Part shown: piece after piece, positions 10,321 to 19,939 of the stretch | How the letters are laid out: each line of letters opens with the position of its first letter | Numbering within the stretch: the stretch's first letter is position 1 | Assembly (NCBI GenBank): GCA_036338695.1 | Contig: JAYZBQ010000048.1 | Location: 382,951-446,950 of the forward strand | Source: Myxococcota bacterium | GTDB taxonomy: Bacteria > Myxococcota > UBA4151 | DNA: 64,000 bases | Direction: 5' to 3' | Position numbers and translations under genes: made by a program | The notes under the pieces: generated by a model | The model's input: the letters and a program-made list of their open reading frames with translations, nothing else | The model's database searches: none | What the model was told of the DNA's origin: nothing

Positions 10321-11091
10321 ATGAAATCGCTTCTCGATGTCCCGAATGAGCTCTGGCGCGCCGTGCGCGCAGTGGGTTTTGATATCGATGACACGGTGAC
10401 CACCGATGGTCGCGTGACCGCTGAGGCGTACAGCGCCATGTGGGCGCTCAAAGAGGCTGGGTTCCGTGTTCTGGCGGTCACCGGACGCCCTGCGGGTTGG
10501 TGTGATATGATCGCTCGCACCTGGCCCGTCGACGGCGTCCTTGGTGAGAACGGCGCGTTGTTCTTTCGGCGCGTGGATCAGATCGTGTCACGGTATGACC
10601 TCGGGACGCCGCCTGCGCCAGGGCAGCTCGAGGCGCTGGCGGAGCGTTTGCTTCAGCGCTTCCCTGAGCTCAAAGTCGCCAGCGATCAGTTCTGTCGCCG
10701 GTTTGATCTCGCAATCGATTTTGCCGAAGAGATCGGACCGTTCCCGATCACTCGAGCGGAAGCTCTGGCGCGCGCTTTTGAGGACGAGGGCGCCAAGGCA
10801 AAGGTCTCTTCGATCCACGTCAACGGGTGGTTTGGTGCCTGGGATAAAGCCAGCGGTCTTCAGCAGGTTTTACGTCACCACTTTGACCTCGGCACGCACC
10901 AGCTCGCCTACGTCGGCGACTCGCCGAACGATGGCCCCTTGTTTGAGATTGCGGCGCTGAGTGTTGGGGTGGCCAACATCCGTGACTTCACGGATCTGCC
11001 CGAGGCGCCGGCCTTTGTGACGCCGAGCGCCCAGGGTGCTGGCTTCGCTGAATTCGTGACTCGCTTGATGGAAGAACAGAGTTTGCCCTAA
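10321..11091 (+). CDS. HAD-superfamily hydrolase, subfamily IIB
   Basis: FDIDDTVT motif I, VTGRPAGW, SSIHVNGW, YVGDSPND motif; start ATG 10321 preferred over 10267. Confidence 0.88.
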   Translation: MKSLLDVPNELWRAVRAVGFDIDDTVTTDGRVTAEAYSAMWALKEAGFRVLAVTGRPAGWCDMIARTWPVDGVLGENGALFFRRVDQIVSRYDLGTPPAPGQLEALAERLLQRFPELKVASDQFCRRFDLAIDFAEEIGPFPITRAEALARAFEDEGAKAKVSSIHVNGWFGAWDKASGLQQVLRHHFDLGTHQLAYVGDSPNDGPLFEIAALSVGVANIRDFTDLPEAPAFVTPSAQGAGFAEFVTRLMEEQSLP

Positions 11092-11139
11092 AGGGCAGAC
11101 CTTCGTAGGGTCGCCGGAGCGACCAAGAGGTAGAGTCAC

Positions 11140-13179
11140 GTGGAGGCGCGGTGCGGACAATGTGGGACCTTGTGGCAGGTGGACACCGACGCCGTGGACC
11201 CCGACCAGCCGTATCAGTGCAACGCCTGCGGCTTTATCTTCTCGATTTCCCTGGAAGGGAGCAGCCCGATGCAGATCCGTCATACCAACGGTAAGATTTA
11301 CAAAGTCAAAGATCTCACGACGTTGGTTCGTTGGGTGGGTGAGAAGCGCGTGCCGCGCCAGTGCATGGTGCGCGAGGACGACGGTGAGTGGCAGCAAGCG
11401 CTCGCCATTCCCGAGGTCGCGGAAGCCTTCGCGCTCCTCGACGCTCGTCGTCGACAGGGGTCGAACGCGCCCAAGCCTGCCGAGAAGGCAGTACAAGACG
11501 TGGTCGAGGCAGCCGCACAGCCGGTTGACCCGACGGCGGTCGTGGCGGCCGTGTCGGAGGCGCCTTCGCTGGTGGCTGAGGGGCAGGACGCCGACGCAGC
11601 TGCGCTTGAGGCTGCGCTTGAGCTTGAGCTCGCTGAGCCAGCGGACGCCGAGGTCACGGAGCAACCTCGTCCTGCCGAGGCGGTTGAAGTTTCGAGCGGA
11701 GACGACTCGGGCGACGACTTCGATGATGCGTTTGCGCTTCTCGATGAGATGACCAACGAGCCGAGCGATGTCCCGGGGCTGCAGCTGGATGAGGACGCCT
11801 TCGATGAGCTCGATGAGCCGAAGAAGAAGAGCAAGCTTCCGATGGTGATCGGTGTCGTCGCCGTCGCGGCGATCGGGGGTTATCTCGCCACATCGGGCGG
11901 AGGCGGCGCGCAAGCGGATCCGCTGAGCGGAGACAGCCCTGAAGCGAAGGCGCTCAAAGCGAGCTACGAGCGAGCGCTCGAGGCGCTCGCAAGCGGTGAC
12001 GTTGAGCGCATGAAGGGCGCCATGACGGCGCTTGAGCCGGCGATGTGCCTCAAGGGCTGCGAAGGCTCGCAGTGCGTCAAAGATGAAAAGGGAGGCTGCG
12101 AGATCAGCAAAGATGCGGCGCCCTTTGCGCCCTTCTTCTTGCTCTACGACCGGCTGTGGTTGGAGGCCAACCAGACGAACGCCAACGTGCAGGAGCACGC
12201 AGCGGCTGTACTCAAAGCGCTCCAAGCTCAGGCTGAGGCGCCCTTTGGGAAAGAGCGTCTGAGCGCGGTCGCCGATTATTGGAACGCCTCGCAGCCACAG
12301 GTGGACGAGACCAGCAACAAGAGCGCGTTGTCGCTCGCCAAGGTCGTCGGCGCAATCCCGCAAGCAGCCGATACGCCAGCGCTCGTGGCGCTCAAGCAGC
12401 TTGACGGCGGTTCCGCTGACAAGGCGGCGGCGCAGCTCAAGGAGGCGACCGCAGATCCGGCCAAGACACCGGACGCCCGTCTCATGACGCTCGCTCAGGC
12501 ACGCCAGACGCGCGTGGAGGCGGCAGCGAAGGGTTGCGGCCCCGTCAATGAGGCCTATCTCGCAGCGGTCAAAGCCGGGTTGCCGAGCATGGGGCGTGAG
12601 CTAGCGCTCTTCCTCGGCACCAACGGCGACCTCAAGGGGGCGGCGCTCGCGGCGGGTAAGGCAGCCGACACCGACCCGATGCTGCGCGCTCTTGTCACCG
12701 CCTCCAAGCTCGGCCCTGAGGCGAGCGATCAGGAGCTGATGGTCAAGTACAAAGCGCAGAACAAGGTCACCATGCGGAAGTCGAAGAAGATCATCAAATT
12801 CCTCTACGGGCAGCTGGGTAAGTACCAAGAGATGAGCGAGAAGCGAGGTGACCTGCTCGCAGGGATTCAAGAGATGTTCCCGAACGCCGTCAAGGAGGGG
12901 CTTGAGGGTGCCTGGACTTCGGTTGCGCTGGGTCAAGCCGCCGAGGGTGAGGCGAAAGCCAAGCATGGCGAGAAAGCGCTCAAGCGCTTTGAGCGCATCT
13001 TAGCCGCCGACCCGAACCGCCGAGACGCCTTGTTAGGACGCGCCGCAGCGGCGCTGCTCGTCGGTAAAGCCGACGCACACCGAGCTGACGCTTTTGCGTG
13101 GCTCTTTGCGCAAAAGGGCGTTGAAAAGCCGGCTTGCGTTGTGGCGGTCAAGGCGCCTGAGGCACCGGCGGCAAAGTAG
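11140..13179 (+). CDS. Zinc-ribbon (MJ0042-type) / GYF-like domain bitopic membrane protein with helical C-terminal region
   Basis: CGQC...CNAC, then DLTTLVRWVGEKRV...GEWQQALAIPEV (GYF_2-like), acidic linker, KKK followed by a TM helix, Ala-rich helical C-terminus. Confidence 0.65.
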   Translation: MEARCGQCGTLWQVDTDAVDPDQPYQCNACGFIFSISLEGSSPMQIRHTNGKIYKVKDLTTLVRWVGEKRVPRQCMVREDDGEWQQALAIPEVAEAFALLDARRRQGSNAPKPAEKAVQDVVEAAAQPVDPTAVVAAVSEAPSLVAEGQDADAAALEAALELELAEPADAEVTEQPRPAEAVEVSSGDDSGDDFDDAFALLDEMTNEPSDVPGLQLDEDAFDELDEPKKKSKLPMVIGVVAVAAIGGYLATSGGGGAQADPLSGDSPEAKALKASYERALEALASGDVERMKGAMTALEPAMCLKGCEGSQCVKDEKGGCEISKDAAPFAPFFLLYDRLWLEANQTNANVQEHAAAVLKALQAQAEAPFGKERLSAVADYWNASQPQVDETSNKSALSLAKVVGAIPQAADTPALVALKQLDGGSADKAAAQLKEATADPAKTPDARLMTLAQARQTRVEAAAKGCGPVNEAYLAAVKAGLPSMGRELALFLGTNGDLKGAALAAGKAADTDPMLRALVTASKLGPEASDQELMVKYKAQNKVTMRKSKKIIKFLYGQLGKYQEMSEKRGDLLAGIQEMFPNAVKEGLEGAWTSVALGQAAEGEAKAKHGEKALKRFERILAADPNRRDALLGRAAAALLVGKADAHRADAFAWLFAQKGVEKPACVVAVKAPEAPAAK

Positions 13180-13182
13180 GGC

Positions 13183-14133
13183 TTGAGCCAGCGCATCACC
13201 CAGCTCTTCGGGGTCCGCTATCCGATCGTTCAGGCGGGGATGATCTGGGTATCGGGCTGGAGGCTTGCTGCGGCTGTCAGCGAGGCGGGCGGGCTTGGTT
13301 TGATCGGCGCCGGGTCGATGAAGCCGGAGCTGCTGCGAGCGCATATTCGGAAATTGCGAGCCGCCACGCGCAAGCCCTTCGGGGTCAACCTGCCTCTTTT
13401 GTATAAGCACATGGACGCGTGCGTCGAGGTCGTCCTTGATGAACGCGTCCCCGTCGTCGTCTCGTCGGCGGGGTCACCGGCAGCGGTCAGTGAGCGGCTG
13501 CGCGCCGCTCAGACGATCCACGTTCATGTGGTCGCCTCGGTGCGCCAGGCCCTCAAGTGTGAGCAGCTCGGCTTGGACGCCGTCGTCTGTGAGGGGGTCG
13601 AAGCCGGCGGTCACAACGCGCCGCAAGGAACGACGACCATGTGCCTGGTGCCGCAGGTTGTCGATGCGGTCTCGGTGCCTGTCATCGCGGCGGGCGGGAT
13701 CGCTGATGGGCGCGGTATGGCGGCTGCTTTCGCCCTAGGGGCAAGCGCTGTTCAGGTCGGTACCCGGTTCGCTGTCTGCGCCGAGAGCAGCGCTCATCAG
13801 GCGTATCAGCAGGCGGTGATCGACGCCGGCGATCGGGACACCGTGCTGGCGCTTTCGCCTGTGACGCCGGTGCGGTTGATCAAAAACCCCTTTGCGCAGC
13901 GAGCGCTCGAGGCAGAGCGTCAGGGCGCTTCGCCCGAGGAGCTCAAGGAGCTGCTCGGGAAAGGCCGCGGGCGCGCAGCGATCTTTTGTGGGGACGTCGA
14001 AGAGGGTGAGATCGAAGCCGGTCAGATCTCGGGGTTGATCCATGACCGCCCCGGCGCCGCTGAGGTGCTCGAGCGCATGATGGCAGAGTTCACAGCCTGC
14101 CGTCGGCAGCTAACCGAGCTGCGCTTCGAGTGA
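13183..14133 (+). CDS. Nitronate monooxygenase / FabK-like enoyl-ACP reductase family flavoprotein
   Basis: YPIVQAGM, AAVSEAGGLGLI, EGVEAGGH, IAAGGIADGRG, VQVGTRF. Confidence 0.88.
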   Translation: MSQRITQLFGVRYPIVQAGMIWVSGWRLAAAVSEAGGLGLIGAGSMKPELLRAHIRKLRAATRKPFGVNLPLLYKHMDACVEVVLDERVPVVVSSAGSPAAVSERLRAAQTIHVHVVASVRQALKCEQLGLDAVVCEGVEAGGHNAPQGTTTMCLVPQVVDAVSVPVIAAGGIADGRGMAAAFALGASAVQVGTRFAVCAESSAHQAYQQAVIDAGDRDTVLALSPVTPVRLIKNPFAQRALEAERQGASPEELKELLGKGRGRAAIFCGDVEEGEIEAGQISGLIHDRPGAAEVLERMMAEFTACRRQLTELRFE

Positions 14134-15060
14134 GCCGCTGAGCAGCACCGCTGTCTCCTCGAGCTGTGCGCAGACGCGTGGGTCGAGCCCCCCGAACGGT
14201 GAGCCGATGATCAGCAGCGCCACGACACGCTGGCGAAGAGCGATGGGGCGCACCGCAGCCGAGTGGAGCGGTGCTTGATGACCGCAGAGCGTCCCCCAGT
14301 GCGCGCCCGGCTCGGCGAGATAGGTGACCCGCTCGGGCTCAAGGGCTTCGATGGCGGGGCTGAGGTGGTCGAGCGTCAGCGCTTGAGTGGTCGTCTTCAG
14401 CACTCGGCCATGGATGCGCCAGGCGCCCGCAAGCGGAGCGAAACCCTGCAGATGGTCACAGACGAGGTCAAGCTGCGCCGCCCCGTTGTCGCAGCGGCCT
14501 AGGCGGTGCGCGAGATGTTCTGGCTCGGCGCTTAAGGGCTCTTCGGTGCGCTGCTCGGTCGGCTCGTTAGGCGCGGGCGCAATGAAGAACCGAGGATACA
14601 GGCGAGCCGTCAGCAGCGCGAGGTCATCGTCGACAGGGCTTTGCTCCAGCCAGCGCGTGAGGACCCTGTAGAGGAAGGGGGGGATCGCTCGTGCGCGGAG
14701 TTCGACGCCGAGCAGCTGAGCCAGCTCTTCGCCTTCGCGCTCGCTCGGTTTTCGGTCGCTGAGCGCGTACAGAACGAGCCCTCGTTGATCGACGGGGATC
14801 AGGCGATAACGCGCCGCAAGGCGCGCAGGAAACTGAGCGCTGCGCTCGAGGCTGAGGCGGTCAAGGTCCAAGGGGCTCGCCGCAGGAAGCCCGATGGACG
14901 CACCGTAGCTCTCAAGGACGTCCTCAAGCCCGAGCAAGCCCATCTCGAGGGCATGCTGGTCCACAGACCCGCCCATGAGCCGGCTGCGGTGCTGCAGTAA
15001 AGCCAGCTGACTCTCTGCGAGGAGCTCGCGCGCGAGCAGCGTCTCGGTGAATGCATTCAT
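14110..15060 (-). CDS. Degenerate MshEN / T2SSE_N domain protein with a GAF-like C-terminus (FrgA-like)
   Basis: N-terminal TETLLARELLAESQL...VDQHALEMGLL resembles MshEN; FPARLAARYRLIPV is T2SSE_N-like; start chosen at a TGATG overlap. Confidence 0.55.
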   Translation of the reverse strand: MNAFTETLLARELLAESQLALLQHRSRLMGGSVDQHALEMGLLGLEDVLESYGASIGLPAASPLDLDRLSLERSAQFPARLAARYRLIPVDQRGLVLYALSDRKPSEREGEELAQLLGVELRARAIPPFLYRVLTRWLEQSPVDDDLALLTARLYPRFFIAPAPNEPTEQRTEEPLSAEPEHLAHRLGRCDNGAAQLDLVCDHLQGFAPLAGAWRIHGRVLKTTTQALTLDHLSPAIEALEPERVTYLAEPGAHWGTLCGHQAPLHSAAVRPIALRQRVVALLIIGSPFGGLDPRVCAQLEETAVLLSGSLEAQLG

Positions 15061-16451
15061 CACTCGGTGCGCCAGGTGATCCGCAAGAGGATGTCGCTGA
15101 AGGCGCGGCTGTTCTTGTCGACGAGCGCGTAGGTGCCTCCCAATCCAAGCGGTAAGAGGCTGAGTAAGAACAGGGGCGGACGAGCGAAACGGCGCCAAGA
15201 GGCTTGGGTGACCCAGCTCAGGCGCGTCAGCTTCATGCCTGGCGTCGCTCCCCATACGAAGATACCGACCCAGCACCAAACCAGCCAGCTCAGCGCGATC
15301 AACAACACACCCCATGGGATGCCGCCTGACTCGCCGAGCAACCAAGTGGCGAGCACCTCCTCAGGAGGGCGCTTCGCAGCGCTGAGCTCCGCGGCGACCC
15401 AGATCGAGGCCAGCGCGCCGACAGGCACACTATCGATCAGGGTCGCGCCGAGTCTCCGCCAGCCGTACAACGCGCAGGCGTTGCTCACCTCGACGGTCTC
15501 TTTAGGCTTGGTTTGTCCAAGACGCTGCGCCGCCTCTTGGAGCTGCTTGAGCGCCTTGCGCGCAGCGACGTTGAGCCGGCTCGGCGTGCGGGGCGCGTCT
15601 GGCTCCTCAGCTTGAGCCTCCGGTTCGGTGACCGGCTGAGGGGCTTGAGGCGCCTCCACTTGCATTGGAGGATCGGAGGCGACCTTGACGGGTTGGATCG
15701 GCTCTGGCGCCGCCTCGAGACGCTCTTCATGAGCGGGCTCGGTCGGCGCCGGTTGAAGCCCTCCGCTTGGATTCAGGCGCTTGAAGGGGAGCTCGGGTTC
15801 GCCTGCCTGCTGCGGTTCCTCAGCGCTGACGCCCGGGCGGTGCTCGATCGCTGGCTCCGGCTCGGTGGCTTGCGTCAGCTCGCCACCCGGCGCGTCGTGT
15901 TCGTTCGGGACGCTCGGCGGCGCCTTCTTGGGCGGCTCGACAGCCGGCTCAGCAGGCGCTTGGACGGGCAGCTCGGCGCGCTCCAAGAACGCCTCTGCGA
16001 TCTGCTCGGTCGGTGAACTGGTAGGCCCGCTCGCTGAGGGCTGGGTATCGGAAGAGGTCGGCGCAGACGCAGGGGCTGGCGGGGTCGTTAGGACCTGAGG
16101 GGGGATGCTCTGGCTAACCGGCTCAACAAAAGCCGGCCTCCCTTTGCGGAGCTCTTCACGTAGCCCTTCAAGGCGCGCCTGTCGGCTCTTTTCGAGTGCG
16201 GTCTTTAACGCCGTATCGCTGGCGACGACTCCGCTTGGAAGACGCGGCACGACGTCGACTCGGTTCGGGTTGACCGTGACGCCTCGCCGCTGACGCGCTC
16301 GGGTTCGGGCGCGTGTCTCGGCGATGATCTGACGCAGCTTGGGCTTGATCGCGGCGTCGCTCGAGGTGTCTTGAAGCGGCGCCGAGCACGCACGGCAGCG
16401 CACGGCGTCTTCTGGGTTAGGAAAGCCGCAGCGTGAACAGGCGAGCGTCAT
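15060..16451 (-). CDS. Zinc-ribbon + Pro/Glu-rich linker + RDD-domain membrane protein
   Basis: CSRC...CRAC N-terminus; WRRLGATLID...GATPGMKL...RAFSD is the RDD signature. Confidence 0.75.
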   Translation of the reverse strand: MTLACSRCGFPNPEDAVRCRACSAPLQDTSSDAAIKPKLRQIIAETRARTRARQRRGVTVNPNRVDVVPRLPSGVVASDTALKTALEKSRQARLEGLREELRKGRPAFVEPVSQSIPPQVLTTPPAPASAPTSSDTQPSASGPTSSPTEQIAEAFLERAELPVQAPAEPAVEPPKKAPPSVPNEHDAPGGELTQATEPEPAIEHRPGVSAEEPQQAGEPELPFKRLNPSGGLQPAPTEPAHEERLEAAPEPIQPVKVASDPPMQVEAPQAPQPVTEPEAQAEEPDAPRTPSRLNVAARKALKQLQEAAQRLGQTKPKETVEVSNACALYGWRRLGATLIDSVPVGALASIWVAAELSAAKRPPEEVLATWLLGESGGIPWGVLLIALSWLVWCWVGIFVWGATPGMKLTRLSWVTQASWRRFARPPLFLLSLLPLGLGGTYALVDKNSRAFSDILLRITWRTE

Positions 16452-17164
16452 GGCTGCTGCCACCAATGGTGCATCACAACCGCCGGCAGGAGGCTGGCGG
16501 CGTGGCGCGCACGCAGCGTCCGCTCGCCAAGCCGCATGCCGCGCCCGCCGCGTCGATCAAGCAGCGCACGCTCCTGCGCAGAGAGCCCTCCTTCGGGACC
16601 TACGACGACGCCGAGTCGGTCTTCGACCCGATGGGTGAGTGGGGCGCCTGCTGCGTCGCCATAGACGACGTACTCTAGGTCCTCGATGGCTGCGCCGAGG
16701 GACTCGAAAGCCTCCACGCGCGCGCACCAAAAGCCGCCGCTCTGCCGGCAGCTATCTTGCGTGATGCGCGCCCATCGAAGGCGTTGCTTGTCGCCCCAGG
16801 CGCTCAAATTTTGGTCCCTATCGGCTTGGAACACGCGGATCAGCGGGAACCCGAGCGCGCTCAGCGCCGCCAGCGCATCGTCTTCGCCGTGCCGCTTTTG
16901 GCGCGCAAGGATCGGAACCGGCGCCAGCTCATTCGGGCGCCGCTCCAGCCGCAGGGGCTCCAGCCAGCTCCCTTCGATACGTTCCTTGGTCAGGCGCGTC
17001 AGCTCGGCGCGCCGAGCGCCGCCCAGCCCGTCGAAAAACTCGACCTGAGCGCCGGCGCGTAAGCGCAGCGAACGGCTCAGGTACGTCAGCGCATCGGGCT
17101 CCGTCACGACAGCTTGTGTCGCTTCAAGTTGGGCGCGGGAGCTTGGGCAGCGGCGATCGGTCAT
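16448..17164 (-). CDS. rsmE: 16S rRNA m3U1498 methyltransferase RsmE
   Basis: LRLRAGAQVEFFDG, VGPEGGLS, LGERTLRA; follows prmA with an ATGA overlap. Confidence 0.88.
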   Translation of the reverse strand: MTDRRCPSSRAQLEATQAVVTEPDALTYLSRSLRLRAGAQVEFFDGLGGARRAELTRLTKERIEGSWLEPLRLERRPNELAPVPILARQKRHGEDDALAALSALGFPLIRVFQADRDQNLSAWGDKQRLRWARITQDSCRQSGGFWCARVEAFESLGAAIEDLEYVVYGDAAGAPLTHRVEDRLGVVVGPEGGLSAQERALLDRRGGRGMRLGERTLRARHAASLLPAVVMHHWWQQP

Positions 17165-18015
17165 CGCTCGAGCCACAGCAAGGCCCATTCCCCCTCGCAG
17201 CTTAAGCGGCGCTGCGTCAGCCCGTGGGGCGCATAGGCGGCTAAGACCTCATCGATTTGACGGGTCAAGAGGCCACTCAGGAGCAAGCAGCCGTCGTCGG
17301 CTACGTTCGCAGCCAGGGCGCGCGCATGCTCGATCAGCACCGGTGCCAAAATATTGGCGATCACCGTGTCGTAGGTCGCACCGTCGGGCGGGCGTTCAGC
17401 GCACGCAAGGGTGTAGGGTGACGCCATGCCTTGCGACGACAGGTTCTCGGTCGCCACGTCGACGGCGAGCGGGTCGTTGTCGATCAGGGTGAGCGCGTCG
17501 GCGCCGAGCAGGTCTGCGGCGATCGCGAGGATGCCCGTGCCGCAACCAAAATCGAGCACGGTCCCGAGCGTATGTTCCGCCGCTCGTTGATCCAGCGCTC
17601 GAGCGCAAAGCGCCGTCGTTGCGTGCTGACCGGTTCCAAACGCCGAGCCTGGATCCACCTTGATGATGCAGGTCGACGTCGCCGCCTGGTAGTGCTCCCA
17701 GCTCGGGACGACCACCAGGCGTGGGCTCAGCCGGAGGGGCTTGAAGTGCGCCTTCCAGGACTCGGCCCAGTCGATCGGATCGACCGCCGTGATCGATGGC
17801 GCTGCGCGCAGTCCGGGGAGCGCGCCGGCTGCCTCGAGCAGCGCCTCAAGCGTCGACCTTTCGCCGTAGGTGATGAGCTGGACTTCGTCGGCGGGGATCG
17901 CAGGATCGACGGCAGCATCGCGCCACTCAAAGCCCGGAGCACCACAGAGCATCAGGCGCCCGATTAGAGCGTCTGCGTGGGCAGCCGCTGAGCAGAGTGT
18001 GAGCCTGTGATTCAT
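17161..18015 (-). CDS. prmA: Ribosomal protein L11 methyltransferase
   Basis: DWAESWKAHF, DPGSAFGTGQHATT, LDFGCGTGILAI, ANILA, LSGLL. Confidence 0.94.
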   Translation of the reverse strand: MNHRLTLCSAAAHADALIGRLMLCGAPGFEWRDAAVDPAIPADEVQLITYGERSTLEALLEAAGALPGLRAAPSITAVDPIDWAESWKAHFKPLRLSPRLVVVPSWEHYQAATSTCIIKVDPGSAFGTGQHATTALCARALDQRAAEHTLGTVLDFGCGTGILAIAADLLGADALTLIDNDPLAVDVATENLSSQGMASPYTLACAERPPDGATYDTVIANILAPVLIEHARALAANVADDGCLLLSGLLTRQIDEVLAAYAPHGLTQRRLSCEGEWALLWLER

Positions 18016-18127
18016 CCTGTGTTTCCCGCTAGAGCCCGTCCTTGGCTAACCCAGACTTTCGTCAATTGCTACGTGCGGATGTGCTGGCCAGTTGGCCACT
18101 CGGTCGGGCGGCGCCGTGGTAATAGCC

Positions 18128-18156
18128 TTGACACTTAAAGGGCGCATCCTTAGTTA
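18128..18156 (+). promoter_or_regulatory. Putative sigma70 promoter for rplU-rpmA
   Basis: Perfect TTGACA, 17-nt spacer, weak -10 (TAGTTA). Confidence 0.45.
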
Positions 18157-18193
18157 CGCCCGCCCTGCCCGGTGCAGGCTGTGAGGAGACACC

Positions 18194-18538
18194 ATGTTCG
18201 CTGTGGTGCATACCGGTGGTAACCAAGAACGCGTCGAAGTCGGCGATTACCTTCGAATTCCGCACCGAGACGGCTCGGTCGGCGACGAGATCACTTTTGA
18301 TCGCGTGCTGCTGCTCAAGGATGACTCGGGGATCCGCGTGGGGTCGGGCCTGCTCGATGGCGCCTCCGTCAAGGCGGTCATCGTACGTCAAGACACCAAG
18401 GACCTCGACGAGCGCAAGACCCCGCTGATGGGTAAAAAGATCCTCGTGGTGAAGCGCAAGCGCCGTAAGAAGTATCGCCGAAAGATCGGTTTCCGTGCGT
18501 TGTATACGCAAATCCGAATCACTGAGATTAACAGCTAA
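18194..18538 (+). CDS. rplU: 50S ribosomal protein bL21
   Basis: MFAVVHTGGNQ..V..GD, KRKRRKKYRRKIG; GAGGAG RBS; upstream of rpmA. Confidence 0.93.
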   Translation: MFAVVHTGGNQERVEVGDYLRIPHRDGSVGDEITFDRVLLLKDDSGIRVGSGLLDGASVKAVIVRQDTKDLDERKTPLMGKKILVVKRKRRKKYRRKIGFRALYTQIRITEINS

Positions 18539-18553
18539 GAGGGGACAGACACC

Positions 18554-18811
18554 ATGGCACATAAAAAAGGTCAGGGCTCATCTCGTAACGGTCGCGACTC
18601 CAACCCGCAGTACCTCGGCGTCAAGAAGTACGGCGGCGAGAGCGTCCGAGCTGGTAACATCCTGGTGCGTCAGCGCGGCACGAAGATCCGTCCGGGCAAC
18701 AACGTCGGGATGGGGCGTGACTTCACGCTCTTTGCGCTCGTCGATGGGACCGTGGCGTACAACTCGCATCGAAGCGGGCGACGCCAGGTAAGCATCGAGC
18801 CGCAAGCTTAA
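18554..18811 (+). CDS. rpmA: 50S ribosomal protein bL27
   Basis: [16 protein letters not shown]...[10 protein letters not shown]. Confidence 0.98.
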   Translation: MAHKKGQGSSRNGRDSNPQYLGVKKYGGESVRAGNILVRQRGTKIRPGNNVGMGRDFTLFALVDGTVAYNSHRSGRRQVSIEPQA

Positions 18812-18833
18812 GCGCTGTGATGTAGCGTCAAGG

Positions 18834-18871
18834 AACGGGAGCGGCGAGCGGCTGCTCCCGTTGCGCTTTTT
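18834..18871 (+). terminator. Terminator-like hairpin between rpmA and obgE
   Basis: 12-bp stem AACGGGAGCGGC / GCTGCTCCCGTT, then GCGCTTTTT. Confidence 0.6.
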
Positions 18872-19939
18872 ATGAAGTTTATCGACTCGGTAAAGATCAC
18901 CGTTCAAGCCGGCGATGGCGGCCCGGGGGCGCTGACCTTCAACCGCCTCCCGGGGCGGCCGAATGGCCCAGCGAACGGCGGAGATGGCGGACGCGGCGGC
19001 GACGTGGTTTTGCGCGGTGATCACCGCCTCAACACGCTCCTCGAGTTTCGCTTTAAACCGCTGCATCGAGCAGCGCACGGGGCGCGCGGTGGCTCCAACC
19101 GGAAAACCGGCAAGAACGCGCCCGCGCTGGTGTTGCCCGTGCCCTTGGGCACGATCGTCTCGGCGATCGACGACGAGGGCGCGACGGATCGCCTCGGAGA
19201 GATCGTTGCGGAGGGTGAAGAGCTCGTCGTGGCGAGAGGGGGGCGCTCAGGTAAGGGCAACGCGCGCTTCATCAGCCCATCACGGCCTCGCCCTGATTTT
19301 GTGTTGGACCCAGACCCTGGGCAGCGCGTCGAATTGGGGCTTGAGCTCAAGCTCATGGCGGATATTGGGCTGCTCGGTATGCCAAACGCCGGCAAATCAA
19401 CCTTGGTCCAGGCGGTCTCTAACGCCCGGCCGGAGGTCGCAGACTACCCCTTTACGACCAAGGCGCCGAGTCTCTGCGTCGCTCGTCGCTATGAGCGTGA
19501 TCTCGTGATCGCTGATATCCCGGGCTTGGTCGAGGGCGCCAGCGCTGGCGTGGGTCTGGGCCATCAGTTCCTCAAACACGTCGAGCGGGTGAGCGGACTA
19601 GCCCATCTGGTGACGCTGCCTGCCTTTACCGACGAGGACCCGCTCGAGGTCATGTGCCGTGATTTCGAGACCATCGAGCGAGAGCTAGCGCGTTACAGCC
19701 CAGAGCTCGCCAAGCGACCTAGGATCGCCGTAGTCAGTCAGGTCGATCGCCCAGAGGTCTCCGAGTGCGTTGCCCGATTTAAGCGCTGGTGCGCCGAGCG
19801 CTCGATGCAGTGTTTCGCCATCTCCAGCCATCGACGAGAGGGCTTAGAGCCGCTGCTTGATGCGCTCGTCCGGTTGGTCCCTCAAGGGCCTGCGCTGCCT
19901 GTGGTCAGCGAGGGCGCCTTCGATCCGCTAGCGACGTAG
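18872..19939 (+). CDS. obgE: GTPase ObgE/CgtA
   Basis: Gly-rich Obg fold, GMPNAGKST, DYPFTT, DIPGLVEGA; canonical rplU-rpmA-obg synteny. Confidence 0.96.
   Translation: MKFIDSVKITVQAGDGGPGALTFNRLPGRPNGPANGGDGGRGGDVVLRGDHRLNTLLEFRFKPLHRAAHGARGGSNRKTGKNAPALVLPVPLGTIVSAIDDEGATDRLGEIVAEGEELVVARGGRSGKGNARFISPSRPRPDFVLDPDPGQRVELGLELKLMADIGLLGMPNAGKSTLVQAVSNARPEVADYPFTTKAPSLCVARRYERDLVIADIPGLVEGASAGVGLGHQFLKHVERVSGLAHLVTLPAFTDEDPLEVMCRDFETIERELARYSPELAKRPRIAVVSQVDRPEVSECVARFKRWCAERSMQCFAISSHRREGLEPLLDALVRLVPQGPALPVVSEGAFDPLAT

Noticed and set aside
10870..12363. 497-aa minus-strand ORF
   Set aside because: Overlaps two plausible plus-strand genes; Arg/Leu/His-rich composition typical of antisense shadows
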